The notes under the pieces: generated by a model
What the model was told of the DNA's origin: nothing
The model's database searches: none
Seen by the model: only the letters and a program-made list of their open reading frames with translations
In this document: positions 35,281 through 46,353 of the stretch, piece by piece
Layout of the letters: every line of letters starts with the position of its first letter
How positions within the stretch are numbered: the stretch's first letter is position 1
Source of the DNA: Minutocellus sp. GHC0000111
Taxonomy: Eukaryota
Assembly: GCA_977018835.1 (NCBI GenBank)
Contig: OZ361256.1
Coordinates: forward strand, 6,944,001 to 7,008,000
Reading direction: 5' to 3'
Length of the DNA stretch: 64,000 nucleotides
Program-made: the position numbers and the translations under genes

Positions 35281-36513
35281 CTATCTCCGCCCACTCGGCC
35301 GGCAGTTCTGCGTGATGTCGCATTGCAGCGGCAATCTTCTATCGAAGGAACCAGTCCCAACAGCACAGGTACCCTCCGTCCGACACAGAGTCCACAACTG
35401 TCCGGCATCGAATTTCTCCACCACATCGTCCGATTCCACACACGTTCGAAGCTTGAGATTGCCCCGGCCCTTCTGTCCACGATTGGTAGTCACACAAAGT
35501 CCAGCATCGGCAGATGATATCCACTGGTAGTTGGTATTGAGCTCCCAAGACTGCGTATTATTGATGTTGGTACCGCACTGATTCATCCGAATCTTTTCAC
35601 GAAGACGTCCCTGCCGCCCATCCTTGGTCCGTGCGCAGAAGGAATGAAAAAATGTTCCCACGCGTGATACCAGCAGTTCCAGATCCGACGTTTATGTCCA
35701 CTCGATCTGACGTATGTCGGCAGTCTTGCAATTCTTGAGAGTCAGTCGCTGATTGAGGGGAGTTTCAATGTCGGCTCGACGCGTTTCACGAAGAGAGGCG
35801 CACCAGAACAGCCCATGGATGCCCGATCGACGTCCAGGATTTCCCGGAAAGCCAGGCGATTGCAGTGTCACCAGCATTCCCGTCCCACCTCGAATGATCG
35901 CTGATTGCAGCCTCCTACCGGTACTTCTTTTCCTTGGGGAATCAGATGCAAAAGTAGAAGTAGTAGGATTCAGATCCAAGACGATGGCGTTTTCGTCACC
36001 ACCCTGCTCTTTCAACGCTCGTCGACGCTCCAATTCCAGGAGAAGATCTTCGTCGAATTCAAATCGAAGATTGGCCCCGTCGTTTTCCGTGGCACGGACA
36101 TAGGCATCGTCGAGGGCATCGTTCAGTTCCTCCTCAGTGAAGTTGCGCCCAAATGCAGCAAAGAAGTCAGTCTGAAGATCGTCGACGCCCTCCAAGGCGT
36201 CGATCGTCGATATGTACTGATCATCGCCCACGTTTTTGCCATCTTGATCGGGCAGCAAGAGTCGACGGCCCATACCACGAGATTTGAACTCGGCATCCAA
36301 ATCACTCAGACGAAAGCCGGTCAGGGTGTGAGTTTGGTGATTCATCGCGCCATTAGCGGCATCTTTATCAGCAGCACCAAGTGCTAGTAGTGGTGGATCG
36401 ATATCGTCACCACCGACCGAACTTATAGCACCAGTGGCTATCAAGATGGCCGATCTGAATAGCATTCTCATTGATGGACTTGGCTTATTTCGCTTGCTTG
36501 TGGCTACTTTCAC
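35281..36513 (-). pseudogene. Secreted protein with ricin-B/beta-trefoil-like C-terminus, interrupted by in-frame TAA (35692-35694)
   Basis: Signal-like leader, RRL pro-peptide motifs, and QxW-like repeats with Cys pairs (RQIEW, TQSW, GQLW). ORFs 35692-36513 and 35281-35661 share a frame across a single stop (IEWT*TSDLELL). Confidence 0.6.
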
Positions 36514-36892
36514 TTATTTTCACTTCTCCACGTGACCCGATGCGACGCCACTTCCAAGAGTCGATTGATTCAGTTGATGACTCTCAAATTTCCAGACGTT
36601 GCTAGCTAGACTAGACGGCTCAGCGTTCGACTATTAATAGAAGGCAACAAATGGTGCAAATGCTTGGTTCATTCGCAGAACATACATCTCATGCATCCGT
36701 GAATCCTTGGCGGGCGCGGGGCTAAAACGGTCGGATGAAATTTTGAACGGAAAATATGAGCGACACAAGCGAGCGATGCGGTGATGCGATGCGGCGCGGC
36801 GACGACGGACGGACGGCCCAGATCCATCGCATCGCGCATCGCATCGGCATCATTTTTTATTTTCGATCGTTTTATTTTCGGCGGCGGCCACC

Positions 36893-38929
36893 ATGACGAA
36901 CCAAGCAAGTGGCAGCAGCGTTCGAGAGCGCTTCGAGGGCCATCTCTCCGAGTACGGGACGTTATGGAGGGCTCTGGCGGCCGCCGATAAGAAGAAGGCC
37001 GGGTCGGCAGCAGCAGGTACGGCTCCTTCCTCAGCAGCTCCTTCAGCGACGAACCAGGAGGAGAAGAGCAACGGCAATTGTAGCCCAGGTCCATCACAGA
37101 CGTTGCCGGCCAATATACCCTCGCTGCTTCCGGCCATCCTCGGTGGCAAGGCCATTTCACTCCGAGTGCCGCAGAACCACGACGAAAGTTGTGCCGTGCT
37201 GGGATGCGTCGGTGAGTGTGCCGAGCCGATATTCGAGGACGAAACTGGCACCATCACCAACGATACAGCCAAGGACAACAAACGGACGGACGACCCCGAC
37301 GACGATCAAGATGACGACGACGATGTGGTCGTTGTGGACACAACTTTCTCGCCGAGTACTCGCAGCAATGATGACGGCGAGCCCGCGGACGATCTAAACG
37401 ACGACAACAAATCAACATCGGTGTCGGTGTCGTCCGCTTCCTCCTCGTCTTCCGTGGCCATGCCACGTCGTCCGCGTCGCAATGCTCGACGGAACATAGC
37501 GTCAGCGTCAGGTTGGCGCCGTCGTTCCGACAGCATCCTGTCATCCTCCGACGATGATTCATTCAACAATGATACCACAAGCGAGGAGGAGTGGATCGAT
37601 GGTGACGGGGATGGTGATACCGATTATGACAATATGGCGAGGAGTGGGCCAGCTGGCAGCTTCGCTACACCTACCACAAGTACTACGTCCAAGGCCACAA
37701 AGCCGAAGGAAGAGGAGGAACAGGATGATGATGATGATGTCATTATCCTCAGCGATGACGACGAAGAGGAAGACATCAATTCCGCCACAAGTGAGAGCAT
37801 TGGCGGTGATGATTTCTCATCAGAGTATCTCGAGGATTCTTTTGTGGTCTCGGATGGTATCGCTAGCAGTAGTGACGGCAGTAGCAGCAGTGATGACGAT
37901 GTTGAGATTGTCAGTCCAACAAAGAAGAAGATTAGCAAGGCTAATACAGCCGATGCCGCTCCAAAGGGCAGGAAAAAACCCGCGACGCAACCTCCAAAGA
38001 CACAAAAGACCAAGCCGAAGCCGAAGCCTAAGCAATCTACGAACAAAAAGTCGGCCACATCGTACCAAGACGTTTCTCGCACCACCTTTGCTAGAAAGCG
38101 AGAGCAGTATACAAGATCGACTTTTGCCGAGTTCAATACCAAGGTGTTCAATGGATCACTTTCTTCGGTGGAAGTGGTGTGGTCAAAACGGTTGAAAACG
38201 ACCGCCGGCCTCACCCGACTGAAACGCATCGGCACATCGGATAGTATGCGTCGCATCGCGACAATTGAGCTTAGTACCAAGATTTTGGACAACCTCGAGA
38301 GACTGAGGGCAACACTCTTGCATGAAATGTGCCACGCGGCAGGTTGGCTGGTCGACGGTGTGCACAAACCACCGCATGGCAAGGTGTTTAAGAAATGGGC
38401 CAACCTTTCCATGCGAAGGATTCGAGATGTGGAGGTAACGACGACTCACGACTATGTCATTCGCTTCAAGTTTGCCTGGAAGTGCCAAAATACCGAGTGT
38501 GGATCCATCATCAAAAGACACAGCCGTAGTGTCGATCCGAACAAGCACTGCTGTGGATCTTGCAAGGGTAGACTTATGGAGATTGAGGTTCCGGGCAGCA
38601 AGAATGATACCGAGACTGTTGGTCACACGCCAAAGAAGAAACGCGCTCCAACTGGATTCAGTCTGTTTGTTCAACAAAATTCCAAGGCAGTTCGAGAAAG
38701 GCTCGTGGCAGAGCGTGGTTCGTCCGTAACTCAGCCCGAGGTCATGAAGGAGTGTGGAAGGATTTGGAGGCTCAAGAAGGAGGGATTGGAGAAAAATACC
38801 GGTACTAGTACATGTAGTAGTGGAAACGGCGGCAGCAAAACCGACGAGGCGAATGACGAGAATCTGCCTTATGACCTCAACAGAGCCATCAATGACATGG
38901 AGAATCGATTGAATGGTCTCACCATGTGA
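36893..38929 (+). CDS. GCNA: GCNA/ACRC-like SprT metalloprotease (acidic disordered region, SprT, Zn finger, HMG box)
   Basis: WSKRLKTTAG, TLLHEMCH, PHGKVFKKW, CQNTEC..RHSRS..CGSC, FSLFVQQNSKAVR..EVMKECGRIW. Confidence 0.85.
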   Translation: MTNQASGSSVRERFEGHLSEYGTLWRALAAADKKKAGSAAAGTAPSSAAPSATNQEEKSNGNCSPGPSQTLPANIPSLLPAILGGKAISLRVPQNHDESCAVLGCVGECAEPIFEDETGTITNDTAKDNKRTDDPDDDQDDDDDVVVVDTTFSPSTRSNDDGEPADDLNDDNKSTSVSVSSASSSSSVAMPRRPRRNARRNIASASGWRRRSDSILSSSDDDSFNNDTTSEEEWIDGDGDGDTDYDNMARSGPAGSFATPTTSTTSKATKPKEEEEQDDDDDVIILSDDDEEEDINSATSESIGGDDFSSEYLEDSFVVSDGIASSSDGSSSSDDDVEIVSPTKKKISKANTADAAPKGRKKPATQPPKTQKTKPKPKPKQSTNKKSATSYQDVSRTTFARKREQYTRSTFAEFNTKVFNGSLSSVEVVWSKRLKTTAGLTRLKRIGTSDSMRRIATIELSTKILDNLERLRATLLHEMCHAAGWLVDGVHKPPHGKVFKKWANLSMRRIRDVEVTTTHDYVIRFKFAWKCQNTECGSIIKRHSRSVDPNKHCCGSCKGRLMEIEVPGSKNDTETVGHTPKKKRAPTGFSLFVQQNSKAVRERLVAERGSSVTQPEVMKECGRIWRLKKEGLEKNTGTSTCSSGNGGSKTDEANDENLPYDLNRAINDMENRLNGLTM

Positions 38930-39190
38930 GATTGCAGAGATTGATATATATATACCGGTGGTACCGGTAGGAATCCTAGCTACACTGTTGTAGGAATTCC
39001 TACATTGTAGTACATGTGTAGATCTACGTATTCCTACCGGTAGCTAGTAGTCTATAGTAGCTAGCGACTGCTTTACATGTACTTTTCTTTTCATGTATGT
39101 AGGTACCGGTAGATCTACCATGGTAACCGGTAGTAGATCTACTGTAGAGACAGTGCAACAACAGTCAGTACAACATGAATTACATGTACA

Positions 39191-40683
39191 GAGTGATTTC
39201 ACGAGACCGCCGACAAAATTGACTTAAACATGTAGCCACTAGAAAAACTTTTTATACGATGTTTTATCCAGTGTAAAAAATGAACCCACTAAATGGCCTC
39301 ACTCAACGCGACGAAAGCAAGGGAGAATTCATCTCAACAAGAAGGCCATCTAATGTTGGCATAACAATGATTGGCCCCAAGCCAATATATGCATACACCA
39401 ACTACATACATTAGGTGAGTGTTGAATACTTGAAAGAACATCCATTCGTACATCATGTGCTATTTTAGCAACATCTCCTCACACCCGTGAAATTTCAAAT
39501 ATTTTTACCCCTCAAAATGGCAAAGAAGAATAGCTCATGATTCTCTACAGCCCTTTCAATCCACCCTGGCCAGCATGACTTCCACTCGGATCATGTGGGG
39601 GGCGGTTTGGCACGAAAGGGTCGGCATTGGACCCCATCTTTGCATCTTCGTGGCCGTCACTATGAAAAGAAAAAGCTTCCGAAAGTAGCGAATCCCCAAC
39701 TACAACCCTCCTCGAGCCTCAAGCACTGATTCTTCACGCATCACCAGCACGCAGGATACTAATTTATTGTTGTATCCATCGATCCCACGTGTTGGCTTGG
39801 TCGTTTTATCAGATTTCTTTCCTCTCGGGCGGCAGAAGCAATGAAGGTGCAATCTGGTGCTGACACCAGAAACAGGACGTTGGGCACAGTTTTCTCGATG
39901 AATTGTGAAGAGATGCCACCACCCCCCACTTAACTGCTCGTGGTATATACACATGGGCGCAGCAGCGACTGATCAGTGAAACGGAAGTGATGCATGGACC
40001 ACGAAATAGCATCCGAACCAACTTCGGGCGGGTGGTGTGATGGGGGTGGCAGTGTCCCTGGGGAACATTTTGCGGAGCAGGCACGCATTGACGCCCCACT
40101 ACCACCCAGCAATCCCTTCCAGTGATATTCAGGAAGGCATCGAGGTGGCCAGAGTGTGTGCGATGGCGGGGGTGGTGCTGCACATCGGGCGAACATGGTC
40201 GTGATGGAACGTCGGAAACTGTCGAAAAAATCGGGCACAACGCGAACGACTTTTTCAAGCCTCAAAAAGGTAATCGCAAGTCCCCTGCTGCATCACAGTG
40301 TTGTGGAAGGCTATTACAAGGGTACGGTGCCCCGTATTCTTGTTTAGTTTCAATGGGAGGCACATCGGCAACACATCTTGTGGCACCTCTTGTTTGAGCA
40401 AATGGGTTTCGTTTTATAATGAAATTCGATACAAAATTTTCTTTCTCTCAAGCAGCACATCTATATCAATCCCCAAAAAAATAATTTAAGACCAAATCAA
40501 AACACTCTCTTCCGTATCTATAAGATGTGCTAAATTAACACCCAAGATCATTGTACCAAAGTAATTTTATTGTTGATTATGGTCTACAACATCCTTCTAA
40601 GCAGTAGTCAGCAATAAAATTACTTTGGTACAATGTTTACGAAACATCGCGGAGGGGGTGTCTGCTCTCTCGTGAAATCACTC
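39191..40683. mobile_element. Non-autonomous TIR DNA transposon (~1.5 kb), same family as the 34849 MITE, opposite orientation
   Basis: Perfect 16-bp TIR GAGTGATTTCACGAGA. Both subterminal regions (~100-150 bp) align with the MITE ends. Flanks TACA/TACC (3 of 4 match). No intact internal ORF. Confidence 0.88.
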
Positions 40684-40856
40684 TACCTAGGTACATGTAT
40701 TCTCAAAACAACCCGGCCCTCGCTTTCTATGCTCGATTCACTCGACTAATGATGTACTCGACTCACTCGATTAGCAAAAGTAATGCACATGCATTTTTTT
40801 CATTTTTTGACTTCGCGCCATCGCTACTTTACCAATCCATCCAGCCAAAGCCAACC

Positions 40857-42241
40857 ATGACGCTGCTCCACGAGGTACCGACCGCCAAGAAGTCCAACAT
40901 CCGGCCACACAAGGCACGTCGCTCATCTGCCTCGGCCTATGCCGACACGGAGCCGATGCCTTCTGGCCTCTCGTCGGCCAGCGCCAATGTCTACATGGCC
41001 CCATCGACACAAAAATTCGGTGGCGTCGCCAAAAATGCCGATACCGGGATTCAGAAGACCCGGGCCGTCCTCAAGGTTGCGTCCGACCACGTTGGTGCTG
41101 CCGCTCACCGTTTCGAGAATGCACTCGACAAGGAAAATGTCATGCGGGCTGGCAACACCAATTTCGTCGGACCCGTCGCCAATCACATCGGCAGCTTCGA
41201 TACCGTCAAAAAGACCAAGAAGGCAGTTGCTCCGGCAGCCAAATGCGTGGCGGATGCTGCCATGATGCCGATAACGGCCGCGAACGACAATGTCTTCATC
41301 CCTCTGGCCCAGAGCGAACCCGTCCAAAAGACCAAGGATGTCACCATCAAGGCCACCGAAAAGGCTGTGGCGTTTTCCGTCCCTATCGCCAAGAAGGGCG
41401 CGCAAGTCGCTATGAAGGCCGGCGAAAAAGGCGCACATGTCGCAATTGAACTTGGAAAGGAATCGGCCAAAGTAGCTGTCCCCCTTGCCAAGAAGGGCGC
41501 CCACGCCACCTACAAAGCAAGTGAGAAGGCCGTAGCATTTTCCGTGCCGATCGCCAAGAAGGGCGCCCACGCCGCCCTCGAGCTTGGCAAGGAATCAGCC
41601 CAGCTTGCCATGGACCTTGGCACTGAATCCTTCGAAACTGCCCGGACCATGATTATTCAGGCTATGTCTTATGATGATCACGATGAGAACAAACGATGTG
41701 GAGGCCCCCGTCGCCAAGACGCAGATGGTGTCGTATGCCATAACTTCATGCGAGATGAGGAAGATGATACTGAAGCAAGAGTTGAGAGAGAAGAGAGCAG
41801 AGAGAGGCAGCGAAGAAGCTGCAGGGCAAGCGCAGCAGTGGCAGTCTATCTGCAGACAATGACGGTCGTGCTGAAAAGGAGGATAGGGAGGAACATATCG
41901 TGAGGAAAAAGACCAAGACTACCGCTGCGATGACGGCTAAAGCAGCTCCTGCTGATGCCACCAACCCCAACAATGTCTTTGTTCCCCGAGTAATTGAAAG
42001 TACCCCAGCAGAGAATCTGTATGAGGCTCCAGTTGCTCCTCCGAGAATGCTGTCTTAACACGTCCGTCAGGAATCTTCCCGAAGTCTCGTTTCAGAGCTG
42101 ACAATGGGCACGGTTGGACGAGGCGGATCGAGAGGTGCATTCGCACCCATCACCGGAGTTGTCGCCGACATCCCCCTTGTTGTGGCCAAGCGAAGTGTAG
42201 ATGAAGATGACGACGAGGCGGTCGATCGTTGGGAGTGCTGA
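40857..42241 (+). CDS. Ala/Lys-rich repeat protein (amphipathic-helix repeats); apparent frameshift ~41800 and in-frame TAA at 42056
   Basis: Repeats EKAVAFSVPIAKKGA and ELGKESA. After a GA-rich run a shifted frame continues (REAAKKLQGKRSSGSLSAD...NPNNVFVP, echoing ANDNVFIP) to TGA at 42241. Called ORF ends at 41903. Confidence 0.6.
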
Positions 42242-42782
42242 ATGAGTTTGAGTTGAGTTGAGTGAATGGTGTTGAGTCTACTAGGGCACGTGGTGGTGGT
42301 GGTGGTGGTGGTTGGTTCACTGATCTTATGAGCAGCGAGAGACAATGAAATGTTTGCTCTTGAGGGAGCGGTGGCCTCTCAATTACATGTCATGATTGTA
42401 CTATTAGAAATAGGAAGTCTTATATGTCGAATCAATGTCGCCTACTATTATTAGATCTACGTAGATAGTTACTAGGAATCCTAAGTAGGGATCCCTACTA
42501 CATGTAGACATTTCTGTGGAGGACCATGATGAGGTTTGTCGATTTGCGGCGGCCGGCCTGCCGTGTGCATGCCACATTGAAGGGGAACCCGGAACTACCA
42601 CGGGCATACCGACGGGTCCCAAGCAATTGTCGGCATCGGCAGTGGCGGTCCTTACCAATTGGTATCAGGCAGGTCTCTAGCTAGCAATAATCATGACACA
42701 TCGGGGCATGGTGCGACACGTGTATGTGACCACGCCGTCTTGAAGCGCACCGGCAACATCAATTACATCGCTCCCATAACAT

Positions 42783-44790
42783 ATGGCAGCATCAGCCGCT
42801 TCAGCCCCTGCCCACGTTCGGCCGAGCCTCGTCTGCTACCTCGCTCTGGTCTGTGCGTTTGGACTCCTATCCTCGTTGCCACTCTACCGTCGTCTCCCTT
42901 CGTCCCCGGCGGCGCATGACTTTATCTCAGCTATTGCGGACTCATACAGCAGGGCAGGGCGGAAGCGAAGATCTCGCCACGAATTGGAAACAACCGTCCG
43001 GTGTGATGGATATTGCTGCCATTCTCTCAAGGTGAACAACCGCAGCTGCTACTGAAAATTTATATCTCGAGGTAACATCGGCGGGGAATGGGGTATTCTG
43101 GTCCTTTGTTGTCGACGGTGATGAGGACGAAGCCAGCCTCCTTGGTGGCGAATCACTGCTCGGAGATCCAGTATCCTTGGTCGTTTCTACGCACACTCGA
43201 ACCTACTGTCAAGGGCCTTTCCCGCCCGATGTAATTGGAAAGCCACCGAGATTTGTTCCTCAACCGAATCTCTGTTCCACTGAAAATTTAACGGAAAGCA
43301 ATGGGATGATTGCAAAGTCGCACGGCGATCACGAAAAGACAAGTAAACAACCGGGGTTCGATGTGCTGCTCTTCGCAGGACCCAGAGTCAAACGATTTGC
43401 CTCTGAATCGGATCTGGAGGCCCACGTGTCAATGCTATCAAAAGACGGCAAGTTAACAAAGAGGCAAGATGTTCATACAATATTCGAAAACCATTGGAAC
43501 TTTGGGCATCACGTATTGGAGGCCATGTACGCTGCCTGGATTGGAACTGCGAAGTTTGACCTGGAGAATGAAACAATATGCTTCATCACCACGCCGGGAT
43601 CTGTCCCGCACAATGGTCCAGATGGCAAGCCACTCAATCCCGATCTAGATCCAACCAGTGCATTTGGTGGCTGTCCTCGTATTGTATGGGAGGAACTGAC
43701 CGCACCACCTGTCGGCCGATGGATACATTTCGACAAAATCGTGCTCGGAGCAAGCGGAGCTGGGATGGAGCATCGGAATGAGTTTTACGAAGCGTCCATG
43801 TATGATCCATATGCCGAGGACATCATGTACCTACCTCGTCGCTTTCGATCGCGTATGTATGATTCTTATTCTATCCAGCGACCGCAGGAACGGACCAGCT
43901 CAGGGGAGCATCGCGTCAGGGGAGATGACGGTGCTATTCATCTGAAGGCATTATTGCTGCCAAACAAGCGAGAGTGGGGTGATCTCGGAGCTATGGTAAA
44001 AGCAATCAACAGCAGGCTCGCATCATATCATCCTTCTACCAGTAGTGGCACACTTTTTAGGGTGATGGCGCAGGTCTTTGATTGGTCAGAGTTCAATACA
44101 ATGCAAACACAACTTGAGGTGCTCCGTGATGTGGACAATTACGTGAGTTCCGTTGGGACAGCATTGACACTCCAGTACTTTTTACCAGATACCTCGGTCG
44201 TAATAAATGTTGGGCACGAGGACGGGTTTTGGGAGGAACATTTGGTGGCCGCCAATCGCCATCTTGCTGGAATATACCCTTCCACTGTCAAAGCAATTCG
44301 ATCAGAAGATGAAATAGTTGAACTGGTCTCACAGGCGGTGGAAAAGATTGCCTCCGATTTCTCCATTCCAGTACCAAGAGGTTCGTCGCTTTCAAAGTAC
44401 GGTTCTGTGTTTTCAACCTTTTTGCGTTCTGAGGAAGGCAACGCGGTACATATCTTGCCGCAGATCAATTATCAGTACCAGTTGGACTACTCATCCGGAT
44501 CTCGATCGAACGGGTGCTATCGGGTTGTGGGTCATCTTGCAAGCGCCTGTGGCAACAAGTATCAGGGCACGAGGTCCAATCCACGGTGCCATCCCCAAAC
44601 TACGAGCAAGAATGGGGAAGACTATATGACTGCTTTGCGAAGAGAGACTAACTTGTGGTGTCCAGACTTTTCGAAGCTGGTTTCGGTGGCGGCAGAAGTG
44701 CCCCAACAACAAAGGAACAACTTCATGGCCTTGGCAAAGAAGAAGAAAAATAACAAGCACGTTGCCTCCATCACAATCAAGAAGAAGTAG
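42783..44790 (+). CDS. Glycosyltransferase family 61-like type II membrane protein; frameshift at ~43053
   Basis: N-terminal TM in ORF 42783-43055. RSCY/ENLY joins across a frame change. NFGHHVLE and QTQLEVLRDVDNYVSSVGTALT..FLP..SVVINVG resemble GT61/DUF563. Confidence 0.6.
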
Positions 44791-45026
44791 ATCTAGTGTC
44801 TCTAGCTAAAATAAGGGCAGAGTACAATGTAGTCTACATCGGTCTAAAAAAGGTCTGTTTCCGTTTTTTTACGGTGTGGCGGGCCAGCAGCAGCAGCAGC
44901 AGCAGGCCGCAGCAGCAGGCCGCAGTCAGCATGCTTGATCTTATGCCGAGTGCTTAGAAGTGCCTGACCGATACGACGACCAGGTGACCGGTACCACAAC
45001 ACCTTTTACCAATAGAGTTGTGCACC

Positions 45027-46250
45027 ATGGCCCGACACGGACACGGGCATCACCACCACCACAGCACCCATGCAAAAGACCGCACACTGGTCCTGCGCAT
45101 TCTGGTGCCGTCCCTCCGAACGGCTCTGCGAGATAAGATGGCCGCCCTGGACCAGAAGGTGGCGGCCGAGCACGAGGCCGCCAGGGCCAAGGCACGAGTG
45201 CATTTCCAGCAGGCGCAGGCGTCGTTGGGGACCGCCCTGTCGGTCATGCCGCCGCCGGTCGGGGAGGATGGCAGGGGTGGGGCGTCGGCGGCCACCATCC
45301 TTGACCTGGAGGGGGTGAGCTGCGCCCCCCTTGCGAACGAGTCGACGCTGTGGTCCTTCCGGTGCGATGGCATGACGTACCCCGCCCGATTGTGCAACCT
45401 ACCCTGCCCGGTCGAAATTCACAAGACGCATGATCATGCCTCGTACTACAAATGCAGCGATGTTGGACAGATACTGATTGTGTACGAAGACATGACCCAT
45501 CTGGAAGAATCCGAAAGCGTACCAGCCTACAAGGTGGAGGGTTATCCCAGTTATTATCACTCCGGCATTACTCCACCGCTCAAGAGGGTTGTTGAGCGGA
45601 GATTCGCGGCCCGGGAGCACAAGAGCGTCGCACCGCCGCGGTCGGAGATATCCGAAGTGGAGAAGGAACTCAAGAGCTTGATCGATCAGACAGAGAAGGG
45701 CGCGGGCAAAGGCAAGGGCAAAGGCCGGGGGAAGGGATCGGGCAGCGTCCAGGGCAAGGCCATTGAGGAGGTCGTTGACGAAATCGTGGACTACGAACCA
45801 TGGATGGACGAGAACGGAGCGCAACCGTATGGAATCACGTTCGACGAGAAGGATATTGTGGCCACCAAGCACCCCGAGATTTGGCTTGATCCCAAGGAGA
45901 TCAAGGAAGTCATAGAAGGGAAGGAGGCAGTTGCAGCAGCGGCGGCGGCCGAAGCGGCAGCTGCAGCAGCTGCGTCTACTGCGGACAAGAAAGCCAAGGA
46001 TGGGACGAAAAAGAAGAAGAAAAAGAAGCCCAAGGACGAGGCGCCAGCGGTTGAGGAGAAGCATGTCAAGAAGGGAATACCATCACTCAAGACGAGGGAG
46101 GCACAACAAGCTCAGGCCAGTGAGCTTGATGAGGTTGATTTTATTGCCAGCCAAATGGCAAGCACTCAAGATGGCGATGATCTGCTCGGAGACTTTGATG
46201 ACCTCTTCAACTTTGATGGAGATGATTTAGGTGATATGAATTTTGATTAG
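45027..46250 (+). CDS. TAF7: TFIID subunit 7 (TAFII55 N-terminal domain)
   Basis: YPARLCNLPCPVEIHKTHD..YYKCSDVGQILIV and HSGITPPLKRVVERRF. Confidence 0.88.
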   Translation: MARHGHGHHHHHSTHAKDRTLVLRILVPSLRTALRDKMAALDQKVAAEHEAARAKARVHFQQAQASLGTALSVMPPPVGEDGRGGASAATILDLEGVSCAPLANESTLWSFRCDGMTYPARLCNLPCPVEIHKTHDHASYYKCSDVGQILIVYEDMTHLEESESVPAYKVEGYPSYYHSGITPPLKRVVERRFAAREHKSVAPPRSEISEVEKELKSLIDQTEKGAGKGKGKGRGKGSGSVQGKAIEEVVDEIVDYEPWMDENGAQPYGITFDEKDIVATKHPEIWLDPKEIKEVIEGKEAVAAAAAAEAAAAAAASTADKKAKDGTKKKKKKKPKDEAPAVEEKHVKKGIPSLKTREAQQAQASELDEVDFIASQMASTQDGDDLLGDFDDLFNFDGDDLGDMNFD

Positions 46251-46353
46251 TAAAAAATTCGTGGGCGATACTGTTCTTTATGATTATAATTTCCTCTTAT
46301 GTAGTCCAGCTAGGAATTCCTAGTGCTACTTCTATATACTAGTCTCGCTATAG

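Noticed and set aside
36728..36740. CGGTCGGATGAA matching the inner TIR block of the RAG-like element
   Set aside because: No CAC heptamer 12 or 23 bp upstream; treated as chance or a promoter motif.
7874..42058. Stop-codon reassignment as the explanation for in-frame TAG/TAA codons
   Set aside because: Well-conserved genes in the window end normally with TAG and TGA, and other long ORFs end with TAA. Frameshifts occur too, so mutation or error is simpler.
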